A DNA stretch of 64,000 nt. Origin: Candidatus Cloacimonadales bacterium (GTDB lineage Bacteria > Cloacimonadota > Cloacimonadia > Cloacimonadales > JAIOQZ01). Shown here piece by piece: positions 20,566 through 31,300 of this stretch (positions are counted from its first letter, which is position 1; every line of letters starts with the position of its first letter). Location: NCBI GenBank assembly GCA_963662655.2, contig CAXXTU010000002.1, forward strand, positions 1,696,001 to 1,760,000, given 5' to 3'. The notes beneath the pieces were generated by a model, which did no database searches, had not been told where the DNA came from, and worked only from the letters and a program-made list of their open reading frames with translations. Both the position numbers and the translations under genes were made by a program.

Positions 20566-23500
20566 ATGATTATCGATTCCCGCTATGAGGTAATCGAACG
20601 AATGGGCACCGGACTTTGGGCAACCGTATACAAAGTTCAGGATATCAGAACAGGCAACATTTACGCGTTGAAACTCTTCCACAAACTCGATTCGGAGAGC
20701 TTTTACGAGCGGTTCTCGGCCGAAGATATGCACCACATCACCAAGCTGGAGCATCCCAACCTGCTTCAGGTGGTCAATTTCGGCAACATGGGCAAGCATA
20801 TCTACTACCTGAGCGAGTTTTGCGGCGGAAGATCGCTCAGCACATTCAAGTTCAAGAAATACAACATCGAGCTGCTGTACGACATCATCGTGCAGATATG
20901 CTACGCATTGAACGCGCTCCACCTTCAGGACATTGTACATAAGGATCTCAAGCCCGAAAACATCATGTACAATATCGTCCGCAACAAGCCTGTCGTGAAG
21001 GTGCTCGACTTCGGTTTCGCCAAGATCGATTTCCAGAAAAGCCAGCAGACCATCAGCGGCAGCCTTCCCTACGTGGCTCCGGAAATATACCTCGGAAAGG
21101 GCGCGCAGTTCGCCAGCGATTATTATTCTCTCGGCGTTACGCTGTATAAAATTACTACGGGAATGCACCCGTTCTCCGTGGAGCAGATCACCAACCTCAT
21201 TCAGGGCAATCAACAGACTTTCATCCCGAAGTTCCCGCGCGAACTCAACCGCGACATCCCGCCACAGCTCGAGAAATTTATTCTCACGCTTCTCGAAAAA
21301 AATCCCAGCGACCGTTACCCCGATATCGAGAGCATTATCTCGTACATCAACCGCATCCAGTTGAAGACCTATCCCTTCTCGCAGCGGCGATCCGCGGTGA
21401 CCATGCTCAAATTCCGCAGCTACTTCGTTCGCGAAACCCATGCGCATCAGCTTCTGGACTACATTCCGCTCATCTCGGCAGGCAACGGGAAACTCGTCGT
21501 TGTGATCGGCGGCGACGGCATTGGAAAAAATAACATGCTTTCCCTTTTCCGGTATCACCTGCTCACCGACGACTTTTTTATCTTCGATTACGAATGCAGC
21601 GCCACCAACAAGGATCCATTCTTCGCGCTGGTGAAGGAATTCTACTTCTCCATGACAACCAACGAGAAGCTTTCAGCCGACCTCAAGAACATCTCCGAGA
21701 AGATGAGAAAATACCTCTTCGAGTCCGAGGAATCAGCCGAAAACGTTTCCGAAAACAAGGACGAGCTCAAGATCGATTTCAACTCGACCCGTAATTTCCT
21801 CTTCCACCTCTCGGAAGAGAAACCGCTCATCTACATCATTCGGGCAGGACAGTTCCTCACACGTGAGACCATAGATTTCGTTAATTCCATCTCCAAGGAC
21901 ATGATCGAACGCAAAATCCTGTTCATCATCAGCGTCGACGATCCCAGCAAGGTCAATGGGCTCATACACTCCATTCAGTTCCGCATCGAGCCTTTCTCGA
22001 AGCAGCAAACGATCGAGTATGTACAGAAGCTGGTTCAGACAAAGGTTCCGGAAGACTTCGCGGAGTTTATCTGGAAGCGAACCAGCGGTATTCCGGTCTT
22101 CATTCGCGATATCCTGATCGACCTCACAGAGAAAAAGGACATCTGGAAACGCGGAAAATTCCATTTGGATCAAGTCTCCCAGGATTACGAACTACCGAAA
22201 CACCTGCTTCACTCGGTTTTCAACCGCATGGGACACCTGACGCAGGAGGTCTATTCGTATCTGCAGAAGCTCTCCGTGCTCCAGACTCCCATATCGAAGC
22301 CCCTCGCCCAGATGATTCTGGACATCGACGAGAAGACATTCTTCTTCATGATCCACGACGCCCTGAACAACGAAGTCCTGGTCGTTCGCGACGAGTACTA
22401 CTACTTTGCGTTCGATGAATCGCAGAAGAGACTTCGCGAGGAATGCGACAAGAAGACGGTCAAAGCAATATCCAAAAAAGTGTTGGAGTTTTTCGACGAC
22501 AAAGAGATTACGCAAGTAAGTATATGCCGTGGAGTTATCAAGAACGCCATCCTGGCGGACAACTACAGCGCGGTTCGCAAATACAAGCTCCGCCTGATCA
22601 AGATATACAATCGATACTACATGCAAGACGAGGCGTTCAACGAAATCAGCGAAGTGATTTCCATCGATTTCTCGGAGAAAGTCAAGCTTAGCCGGAAAGA
22701 CATCATGCACGACCTCTCCGTATTCTCCGAAAAGGCGGAACTCACCGGCTTGATCCAGAAAGCGCTCGAGAGGATCGAATCGATCGACGATCTGCCGGAT
22801 ATCTTCGAGAAGTACTACATTCGCGGCAGCTTCTACGTGGCGCTGGACAAATACCAATCGGCGCGCGAGCAATTCGAGATCGCGCTGAACAAGTCCATCA
22901 CCGGCAAGCAAAGGATGATGGCGGTGATCGGCATTATCTGGAGCTCGTTCCGCCTGAGCGACCTCGAGACATCCACCCAGTACCTGCAGATGTACGACAG
23001 CGTCTTCATGACACCCGACCTGCGTGTGTGGTTCATGGACAGGAAAGCGCTTGTCATGGGATCCTCCGGCCGCCCGAACGAGGCAATCACGATGGTGGAG
23101 GAATTCATCTCCAGCCTGGAAATGAACGACGACACTAACTTCCTGGTACGGCTCGGTTCGCTGTACAACAACCTCGCCTTCCTCTACATCAGCCAGAAAT
23201 CCATCGAGGAGGCGAACAAGAATTTCCACAAGGCGCGAGAGATATGGGAAAAGGTTAACTACGTCCGCTCGCTCGGCCTTGTCTATAACAACATCGGCGA
23301 CCTCGCGCTTCGACAAGGCGACACCCAGACAGCCTTCGAGTACTTCACGCAAGCGCTCGATATCTGCGAGAAAGTTGATCAGAAGCGCGGCCAGGTCCTC
23401 GCGTTCGTCAATTTCGGCGAGGCGTACATCAAGATCGGCGAGTTCCAGAAAGCCGAGGCTTCCCTGAACCGCGCAAAGAAAATCAACGCGGAGATCGAGA

Positions 23501-26043
23501 GTGTTGAGTACACCGACTCCATCAATAACAACCTCGCACTCGCCAAGAGCAAGATCAAGGGATTCGGGCATTTTTACAGATTCATCGAGCATACCTGCCC
23601 CGAATTGATCGAAGGAAAAATCGAAAACTTCAATCCGCTGGTAAAGTCCTATTTCTACTATCTCTATCAAATAGGCAACGTCAGCCATATCAACCAGATA
23701 ATTCAAAACAACACGTTTCTGGACTTCGAGAAGCTGCATGAGGAGGAATTCCAGTACCACCTGATCGGACTTCGCTTCATGATCGTAGGCAACTGGAAGG
23801 AAGCCCTTGTCAACCTCCACAAGGCGAAATCGTACTCCGAGCGCAACAAGAGCGCATTTGCCCAGGCGATCCTCAACATCCGCGAAGCCGAGTGCTACAT
23901 TGGCCTCAAGATGGCCGAAGACGCCTCCAACGCGCTCGACAGAGCCCAGGTGATGGCTGAGAAGCACTCCTTTAGCTATTGGCAAAACGCAGTTGACGTT
24001 TTCCGCTGCGATGTCGATCTCCTGATCAGCAGCATACCGCTCCGCAAGGTCTTGAGAAACTTGCTGTTGCTGCTGGAAAAGGCGAGAGGACGCGAATTGT
24101 TCCTGATGGAGATCGCCATCCTGAAGCGTCTTTGCAAAATATACGCGGAACTCAAGGCGGAGAGCAGGACCAGAGATTACCTCAAGCAACTGCATGAAGC
24201 CGTCAACAATGCCGTTGACGGTCTCCCGGAAGGAGACGCACGCCTTTTCCATTTGAACACGTTTTCAGACCAGAAAGAGGATGGCGAAGTCAAATCAGTT
24301 TACATCGAATCCAGGAAGAGATTTTTCAAAGACGGATGGCAGGAGATGCTTTACGACCTCTTCAAGCTGAACGAGATCGACCGGATGAAGTTCTTCATCG
24401 ACAAAACCATCACGAATCTGCTCGCCCCGGCATCGTACGCGATCGTCCTCTCCGAGGACTGGCAGAACCGCGGGAAACCTTTCCTCTCCTACAACATGGA
24501 CGAAGAATACCTGTTCGGTACCGACCTCGATCCTATCGTCGATAAGGCCGTTGCCGAGAACCGCATCATCAGTCGCTTCATCAACGGCGCGCACACGGTA
24601 ATCGTACCGCTCAGAATCAGGTCGACCCACGTTGGCTGTTTCATCATCGCGGATGAAGGCGAAATGGAATTCAAGGGTATAGAGATGCGGATGGTCAAAG
24701 CGCTGAAGCTTCATCTTACCTCCATTCTCATGCGCATCAAGGAGTACGGCGAACTGAGCCAGAAGATGAGCATGCTCCAGCAATTGATGCAGGTGGAGCA
24801 GGAACTGTTCTCGATATACGACATCAACAAGCTCGAAACGGAGATCGTGTCGTTCGCAATCAATTTCACGCGGTACAGTCGCGGATTCCTGATAAAGAAG
24901 GACGAGTACGGAAACTACGTCTATCAGGTCGCGATGGACGATAAAAACCAGATTCTATCGGAGTGGGTGAACATCAGTAAAACGCTGCTCAGCGAAGTCC
25001 AGATGACCAAGGAACCCATATTCACCATCAACGCGATGGTGGACAACACCTTCAAGAACTCCATCAGCGTTCAGGACTACCAGCTCCACTCCATATACTG
25101 CGCCCCAATCTACGTCGACAACGAGCTCCACGGATTCCTCTATCTGGACAACTACAATTCCTCGCGCAAGGAGTTGCCGCTCAACAAGGATTTCATGCGG
25201 ATCCTTTTGATCCAGATATCGATCGCGCTGAAGAACGCCAAACAGTACGACGCGCTCATGAAGAAAAACCTGGAGCTCCACACGCTCGACACGGTGAAGG
25301 ATAACTTCATAGCCATCGTTTCTCACGAGCTCAATACGCCGCTCGTCTCGCTACAGGGTTACGTGAACAGGTTGCGCAAGGAGATCGACTGGAAGGACGA
25401 CGAGCAAAGTAAAAACCTCTCTCGCGTCGAGGACAGCGTTCACAAGCTCCTCTCCACCACCAAGGACATCGTCACGCTGAACAAATACAGCATGATCTCC
25501 TCCATTCCGAAGGAACCCACGGAAATCAAGCCTCTGATGGAAGAAATCGCGAAGAAAGCGGAACTCGTCTCCATCAAGCGTCACATGAACATCCAGCTCG
25601 AGATTCCCGAGGACCTTCCGCGCGTGGAACTCAACTGGGAAGCTTGCGACTTGATGGTCTACAATCTCGTTCTGAATTCGATACGCTTCACGAAAGACTT
25701 CGGAAAGATCGTGATCGGCGCACGGCACTCGGCTTTCCCAAGAGAGAAGATCGACGACAGGCCCTCCATCGTGTTCTACGTGCAGGATAATGGAATGGGG
25801 ATACCCGCTCACGAGCAGGAGAACATCTTCAAGAAATTTTACGAGGTCAACGACCTGTGGTCGCACAAATCGGGATTTGTCGAGTATCGCTCCAGCGGCT
25901 TGGGATTGGGACTCGCCACCACGAAGAGGATTTCCGAGCTTCACGATGGCAAAATATGGCTGAAGAGCAAGGAAGGGGAAGGAACTACCGTTTTTATCGC
26001 CATTCCGCTCGCAGGAAGTAAGAGAATCGTAAAAGGGAAATAA
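20566..26043 (+). CDS. Hybrid Ser/Thr kinase - P-loop NTPase - TPR - GAF - histidine kinase
   Basis: HKDLKPEN/DFG/YVAPE; GGDGIGKN; TPR repeats (YNNLA, YNNIG); GAF (SIYCAPI, GFLYLDN); SHELNTPL, DNGMGIP, GLGLGL, GEGTT. GGAGG RBS before 20566. Confidence 0.9.
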   Translation: MIIDSRYEVIERMGTGLWATVYKVQDIRTGNIYALKLFHKLDSESFYERFSAEDMHHITKLEHPNLLQVVNFGNMGKHIYYLSEFCGGRSLSTFKFKKYNIELLYDIIVQICYALNALHLQDIVHKDLKPENIMYNIVRNKPVVKVLDFGFAKIDFQKSQQTISGSLPYVAPEIYLGKGAQFASDYYSLGVTLYKITTGMHPFSVEQITNLIQGNQQTFIPKFPRELNRDIPPQLEKFILTLLEKNPSDRYPDIESIISYINRIQLKTYPFSQRRSAVTMLKFRSYFVRETHAHQLLDYIPLISAGNGKLVVVIGGDGIGKNNMLSLFRYHLLTDDFFIFDYECSATNKDPFFALVKEFYFSMTTNEKLSADLKNISEKMRKYLFESEESAENVSENKDELKIDFNSTRNFLFHLSEEKPLIYIIRAGQFLTRETIDFVNSISKDMIERKILFIISVDDPSKVNGLIHSIQFRIEPFSKQQTIEYVQKLVQTKVPEDFAEFIWKRTSGIPVFIRDILIDLTEKKDIWKRGKFHLDQVSQDYELPKHLLHSVFNRMGHLTQEVYSYLQKLSVLQTPISKPLAQMILDIDEKTFFFMIHDALNNEVLVVRDEYYYFAFDESQKRLREECDKKTVKAISKKVLEFFDDKEITQVSICRGVIKNAILADNYSAVRKYKLRLIKIYNRYYMQDEAFNEISEVISIDFSEKVKLSRKDIMHDLSVFSEKAELTGLIQKALERIESIDDLPDIFEKYYIRGSFYVALDKYQSAREQFEIALNKSITGKQRMMAVIGIIWSSFRLSDLETSTQYLQMYDSVFMTPDLRVWFMDRKALVMGSSGRPNEAITMVEEFISSLEMNDDTNFLVRLGSLYNNLAFLYISQKSIEEANKNFHKAREIWEKVNYVRSLGLVYNNIGDLALRQGDTQTAFEYFTQALDICEKVDQKRGQVLAFVNFGEAYIKIGEFQKAEASLNRAKKINAEIESVEYTDSINNNLALAKSKIKGFGHFYRFIEHTCPELIEGKIENFNPLVKSYFYYLYQIGNVSHINQIIQNNTFLDFEKLHEEEFQYHLIGLRFMIVGNWKEALVNLHKAKSYSERNKSAFAQAILNIREAECYIGLKMAEDASNALDRAQVMAEKHSFSYWQNAVDVFRCDVDLLISSIPLRKVLRNLLLLLEKARGRELFLMEIAILKRLCKIYAELKAESRTRDYLKQLHEAVNNAVDGLPEGDARLFHLNTFSDQKEDGEVKSVYIESRKRFFKDGWQEMLYDLFKLNEIDRMKFFIDKTITNLLAPASYAIVLSEDWQNRGKPFLSYNMDEEYLFGTDLDPIVDKAVAENRIISRFINGAHTVIVPLRIRSTHVGCFIIADEGEMEFKGIEMRMVKALKLHLTSILMRIKEYGELSQKMSMLQQLMQVEQELFSIYDINKLETEIVSFAINFTRYSRGFLIKKDEYGNYVYQVAMDDKNQILSEWVNISKTLLSEVQMTKEPIFTINAMVDNTFKNSISVQDYQLHSIYCAPIYVDNELHGFLYLDNYNSSRKELPLNKDFMRILLIQISIALKNAKQYDALMKKNLELHTLDTVKDNFIAIVSHELNTPLVSLQGYVNRLRKEIDWKDDEQSKNLSRVEDSVHKLLSTTKDIVTLNKYSMISSIPKEPTEIKPLMEEIAKKAELVSIKRHMNIQLEIPEDLPRVELNWEACDLMVYNLVLNSIRFTKDFGKIVIGARHSAFPREKIDDRPSIVFYVQDNGMGIPAHEQENIFKKFYEVNDLWSHKSGFVEYRSSGLGLGLATTKRISELHDGKIWLKSKEGEGTTVFIAIPLAGSKRIVKGK

Positions 26044-26050
26044 ATTTCAG

Positions 26051-26659
26051 CTATTCCGGCAGAGCGATGTATCCCTGGATATGGTGGTCCATCGCTCTTT
26101 CTTTGAGCTCCGTCCGCCTCCCGCTCGCGCCGTCGGACAGCGTGAACACCACATTGCCTTCTGCCGAGAATAGAACGTTCTTCGCGAAATTCACCTCAAC
26201 TACCACCCCGATATGGCAGAAATCCTTCTGTCCCTCGAGAAGCTGTCGGAACACCACCAGATCCCCCGCGACTGGCCGATAAGCTTTTGCATCGCGCCAA
26301 AACAGGTTTCCGGGCAGAATCGCCCAATCGTACCACGCACGAACAAGCGCGAGGGTTGGATGATTCGGGATCGGTTGATAGGGAATTGCGTACCCTGCCT
26401 GTCGGGTACAATAGTGGACAAACACCCCGCACCAGGCAAAGCCACTTTCACAATTGCTGAATTGCTCTGTATTGCCGTTCCTGTTCAGCAATACCCTGAA
26501 CGGAGCAAGATACTTCTCGATCGCTTCACCATAGTTGCCCGGCATGATCGCCTGATAATTTTGCATGGCTTCATGTCGTGCGATTTCTATTAACCTTTTC
26601 CTCATACCCGCCAAAAGTCTTTCGCGCTGACCTGTGTCAAGACGTTTACAAGCTTCCAT
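26051..26659 (-). CDS. CHAP domain protein (putative peptidoglycan amidase/peptidase)
   Basis: AWCGVFV, PVAGDLVVF, HIGVV, AEGN catalytic pattern; start codon lies inside the IS direct repeat. Confidence 0.8.
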   Translation of the reverse strand: MEACKRLDTGQRERLLAGMRKRLIEIARHEAMQNYQAIMPGNYGEAIEKYLAPFRVLLNRNGNTEQFSNCESGFAWCGVFVHYCTRQAGYAIPYQPIPNHPTLALVRAWYDWAILPGNLFWRDAKAYRPVAGDLVVFRQLLEGQKDFCHIGVVVEVNFAKNVLFSAEGNVVFTLSDGASGRRTELKERAMDHHIQGYIALPE

Positions 26660-26661
26660 AG

Positions 26662-28155
26662 GAGAGATAACCCCAAATCGGGAGCGAGCGTCCGTTCTGC
26701 CAAAGGGGTGTCATTTTATACCCCCAATTTTTCATACGAACCTGACCTTGAGCTGTAAATGCTCTTTCCACCTTCCTTTATCGGGCTTTATCCAGTACCA
26801 GTCAAACCATCGGAAACACTCCGAAATGACGTAGGTTAACCTGTAGTAAATGAAGTAACCTCGGCGCTTCCAGTCACTTTTCCGTTCGATAAACGCCGAC
26901 ATCATAATCGATTGTAATCCGGGCACATCCGTAATCATCGAGTAAAGAAAACATACAGCGAGCCAGAAGATCGCATTCAGATTTTTCAGCCTGTGGTACT
27001 GCAAAAGGCGAATTTGCTCCCATCCGAAATCTTGCTTGAGTTGCCGGTGCATTTCTTCGACTTTCCATCTCGCACGGTAACTTGTGAGGGTGAACTCGAC
27101 GATCTTTCTTGCGTCCCAGTCACGTCCCGGAAAGTCGCACAAACAGTAAAAGAAACCGCCCTCTTCTCCATCGTGGTATCGCGCGACTACAAGCCACCCT
27201 TCCACCGTCTCCGGATTCTTTACAGGATGAGGATTCAGACGTATCTTGACGCGCTTCAGCCCAGCACGGAAATGATGTCCCGCATTCCAAAAATCCATGG
27301 TCAATTTCACTGACTTGCAGACACGCAGAAAGTCTTTTTCTTCAGCATCCTCGTCTATCAAATTGCGCGTACCTTTACTGCGAATAATGAACGAGTTTCC
27401 ATTGGCGTGGAAATGTCCGATCAACGAACGAATATCGTACCATCGATCCAACACGAAAACGCCACGATTGTTGCTATGGATCGTTATTTCATCGATTTGA
27501 TCACGTGTAACCGTTGAACGGGTATCATGCTCGATTTTGCTACTGTATATCTTGCTGCAAAGCGGAACGATCGAATGATTTGAAGGCGTCCCGACCAGGG
27601 CGACAGCATTGATCAAATGATAGCCTGACTCTGTTTTGTTGGCACTGGCGTCTCGTATCTTTTCCAGGCCTTCCATACGAGTTGCGTAAGGCTTGACGAT
27701 ATCGCTTTCGTCGATAAAGATCAGGCTGTCTCGTTCGAGCCGACGACTTTGCGAAGCTAACAGAATATCATGGATATCCGATGCTAAATCTTCTTGATCG
27801 AGATGTCGGTATAAGCGTCCACTGGTCTTGCGTAATGGGATTTGTTCATGTAGCGAACGGGCTGCCTGGCGTACGATTACGCTTTGACTGGCGAGAATAC
27901 CTTTCGTCATTTGTTTCAAGAAGTTGAAGCGTGGAACACTGAGTTCCGCCTTGTACTTGCGCATGAAATTGTGAAATTTTCCTTGCATCTGGTGGAACTG
28001 CTGCTTAAGTTGACCTTGCATATTGGCTCCTTTGTTAGTTTTTTGGTCGAAACTATTTTGGCAAAGGAGCCTTTTTTCACAATCTATTTCTTCTCAAATC
28101 CGCTAATAATAACATGTCTCCAGCTTTTGCCTAAATCTTTTTGGGGGTATTCCTG
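26662..28155 (-). mobile_element. IS4-superfamily-like insertion sequence, about 1.49 kb
   Basis: Flanked by the direct repeat GTTTACAAGCTTCCATAG (26644-26661 and 28156-28173). Imperfect terminal IRs: GAGAGATAACCCCAAA versus CAGGAATACCCCCAAA (12/16). Confidence 0.85.
26732..28021 (-). CDS. DDE transposase (IS4-like, YREK motif)
   Basis: IFIDESD, VLDRWYD, YRARWKVEEMHRQLKQ. Confidence 0.9.
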   Translation of the reverse strand: MQGQLKQQFHQMQGKFHNFMRKYKAELSVPRFNFLKQMTKGILASQSVIVRQAARSLHEQIPLRKTSGRLYRHLDQEDLASDIHDILLASQSRRLERDSLIFIDESDIVKPYATRMEGLEKIRDASANKTESGYHLINAVALVGTPSNHSIVPLCSKIYSSKIEHDTRSTVTRDQIDEITIHSNNRGVFVLDRWYDIRSLIGHFHANGNSFIIRSKGTRNLIDEDAEEKDFLRVCKSVKLTMDFWNAGHHFRAGLKRVKIRLNPHPVKNPETVEGWLVVARYHDGEEGGFFYCLCDFPGRDWDARKIVEFTLTSYRARWKVEEMHRQLKQDFGWEQIRLLQYHRLKNLNAIFWLAVCFLYSMITDVPGLQSIMMSAFIERKSDWKRRGYFIYYRLTYVISECFRWFDWYWIKPDKGRWKEHLQLKVRFV

Positions 28156-28189
28156 GTTTACAAGCTTCCATAGCAAATCCCGGCCTCGA

Positions 28190-28318
28190 GGCGTGAGCAA
28201 ATTCGTTCGATCCATTTACCGCGTGGTGTTTCACGGTGGAAGATTTCTTCTAACTACTCTCATTTACGGAACCGTGGTATATCCACGGGGTAAATGGATC
28301 GGGCGAAGATGCCACGCC
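28190..28318. repeat. Dispersed structured hairpin element, copy 3
   Basis: GGCGTG-A-GCAAATTCGTTCGATCCATTTACC...GGTAAATGGATCGGGCGAAGATGC-CACGCC. Confidence 0.9.
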
Positions 28319-28340
28319 GGTTGGCCATTACCGGATAACT

Positions 28341-31300
28341 TTACTTCTTCCTCGTATTCTTGCGGGATGTATCCGCTTTTCGCTGAGGCTGAACGCTCTC
28401 GGTTTGCACTTCAACCCGGTTCACTTCTTCCATTATCCCATGATTCACGCTTGTCATTACTGGGAGCGCCCATCGCACTTCATCTGTAGATGCGACAACA
28501 TGGAAATACTGCCTGCTCTGTGTTACAGGAAGATCCCAAGCTGTTCCGGCAATGATCGCCGCTGGACTGCCCCAATCTCCCACATAAGGATCGGATGAGG
28601 TGAATATCTTGTACGAACTCGCGCCCGGAACGGCATTCCAGGTCAGATGGAAAGCGCCTTCGGAATACTCGATCGCCAGATTCTGCGGAGCAGCCAAAGC
28701 ACCGCTTTGCCACGGATCGAATAGCACGGCTCCGTAACTTCCATTGTTCTCATCATCAAAAATATGCGAATCGATCGTCAGTGAATCCGGGTAGTCCCAC
28801 ACATTGTAAAACGCGTTGATGTCGTATGCGCTATAGTTTGCCACCTGCCACACGCCGCCATCGTTATCGTGGATATGGTTGTTGCCAATATCCTCGACGT
28901 TCTGATTGCCCAGATTCGGCTGGCAATTACCCTGAATCAGTACGCCATACGATTGATTGTACCGGACAATGGAGTTCCTCACCATAGGATTGGAGTTGTT
29001 GATATCCACCCCGTACTGAGCGCTATACTCGATCAGACATCCATCCAGCATGCACGCGCCGGTATCGATTAATTGAATCCCGCTGTCGATTCCGTTTGTG
29101 TTACCTGCATAACATACATATAGATTCTCCATCGATGCTTCGCCGATCAATGCCCCGCTTCCACTGACACGGATACCGTACCAGTCTCCCACCGATGGCG
29201 AGCTTGCCGTTCCATCCGAGTTCGTGTCCCCATAGATGGAGTCGTCCTTCAGCGATGTCATCACAACCGGCTCAATAGCCGTTCCGGCCACATTCAAGGT
29301 TCCAGTAACATACAAATACCCATCGGCGCTGTTTTTAAAAACGCTGCCAGGCTCGATATTCAAGACACCTGTATCCAATACATTCAACGCATTCCCAGGG
29401 ATAAACGGAAATCCATCCTCCGAATCGATCGTTACATCGCTATCGACATTACATCGTAGAAACATTCCGTTGATCTGGTTGCCGGATCCGGTATTCCCGT
29501 TCATACTTTGCAAGATACCCTCGATGTACCTCAAGCCATATTCACCGTTGTCGATGAAGCTATTATTCTGAATCACGGGCGCTGATGTAGAACCGTAGAT
29601 CAATATTCCGGAAAACGCGTTCCCCTCGAACGTCGATTCCGTAAATTCGGGAGAGCTGCTCTCGATCCTGATGCCCTCTCGCTGGCTGAATGACGACTCG
29701 CTATTGCTGAATCTGCACGATTCATCCGCGCTCAGGAACTTAAGGTTTGCATCGATGCTATTGCTGTTTCCCCCGTAAAGAATCCGGCAGTGATCGAATT
29801 GCCCGATTCCTTCATTGGTTCCCGTGCCGTTGATCTGGATTCCGTACCAGTCACCGCCGGCAGGCTCGGACGCGTCCAGATCGTGGTTGGTGTCTCCGCC
29901 GATCTCATCGTCCTTGATCGAGGTGATGTATATTTCATTTCCGTAATTTCCAGAAGCAATCAAGCTTCCCTGCACGTTAAGGAGCGACGATGGCTGTCCC
30001 TTCACTCGGACACCCGGTAGGAACTCCAGACTTGCCCCAGATTGCACGAAAACTGTCCCAGATAGAATGAATGGAAACGTTGAAGAACCGCATTCCCAAA
30101 CAGCGTTCCCGGAAACGGTTCCCCGTACGCCGAAACCGTTATAACCGTTGTCGCTCCCCGCGTTGCCGCTGTAGGAACTAATGATCGTGTCCTCCAGGAG
30201 CACTCCGTACGAACCGTTCGATGTAAACACGTTGTTATTGATTACAGGATTGGAAGTCGTTGTCTGACCATAAATTCCATTCAGAACGTTATGGCTGAAC
30301 ACTGAGTTCACGATTTCCGGACTCGAGTACTGAATATGAATCCCGTGCTGAGCGCTGTATTCGCAAAGACTGTTCGAGAACCACGAGCTCTCCGCCTCAT
30401 AGAAACGCAGGCTTGCATCCAGGCCATTCAAATTGCCGCCATAGGCGAATATGCAGTTGTCGAACTGGCCGACTCCGTCGTTATCGCTAGAGCCGTAAAT
30501 ATAAATGGCATCCCAGTCTCCCGGTACTGCATCCCCGTTATCGCCATCGGTATCACCCGATCGTGCATCGTCTTTTATCGAAGTGAACACGACCGGTGAC
30601 TCACTCGTCCCGTTCGCGTCCAGCGTCCCGAAAACGGTCATTCTTCGTTGCCAGCCTGATTTGATCGTCGTTCCGGCAGAAAGCGTCAATACGACATCGT
30701 CATTGACCGTGATCGCTTCGTACATGATGAATGGAAAATTCGGGTCCGTGTTATGCGACCATACCGCGTCCGCTGTGACCGTTCCGCCCAGTCCGAACCC
30801 GTTGTAAACATTCCCGCTGCCGGAATTATCCGAATACGAACACAATGTGCATCCGCTCAGATATACGCCGAAAAACCCGTTATCATTGAACGTGCAGGCG
30901 TCGATTGTAGGCATGGAGGCAGCGCTGTTGGCGTAGATACCACTGCTCAAGTTGTTGTTGAACTGTGAACCGGAGATTTCCACGCTGCAATTGTATATGC
31001 GAATTCCGTAAACGTGGCTGAAGTTGCACTCGCTGTTACGGAACCACCCGTGCGAGTTATTGAAATAAAGGTTTGCATCGAAATTCGAAGTGTCTCCGCC
31101 ATAGCGAATACTCACATGATCGTACTTGCCCCAACTGTCGTTGGTGTGCCGGATACCATGCCAGTCACCCGGTTGAGGCGTCGTGCTCGTCGAATCGCTG
31201 TTGGTATCTCCGCCGATGCTATCGTCTTTGAGGGAGGTAAACACAATCTGATCGCGCGCGGTGCTTTCCGCATTCATGGTACCTTCGATGTAGACCGCGC

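Noticed and set aside
22192..24252. 686-aa antisense ORF, and similar ones at 8831-10315, 38029-39264 and 12247-13284
   Set aside because: Shadow ORFs opposite well-supported genes, expected from codon bias; no recognisable motifs.
26718..26727. ATACCCCCAA as the IS left end (perfect 10-bp match to the right IR)
   Set aside because: The 18-bp direct repeat places the end at 26662. This is more likely an internal copy of the transposase-binding motif.
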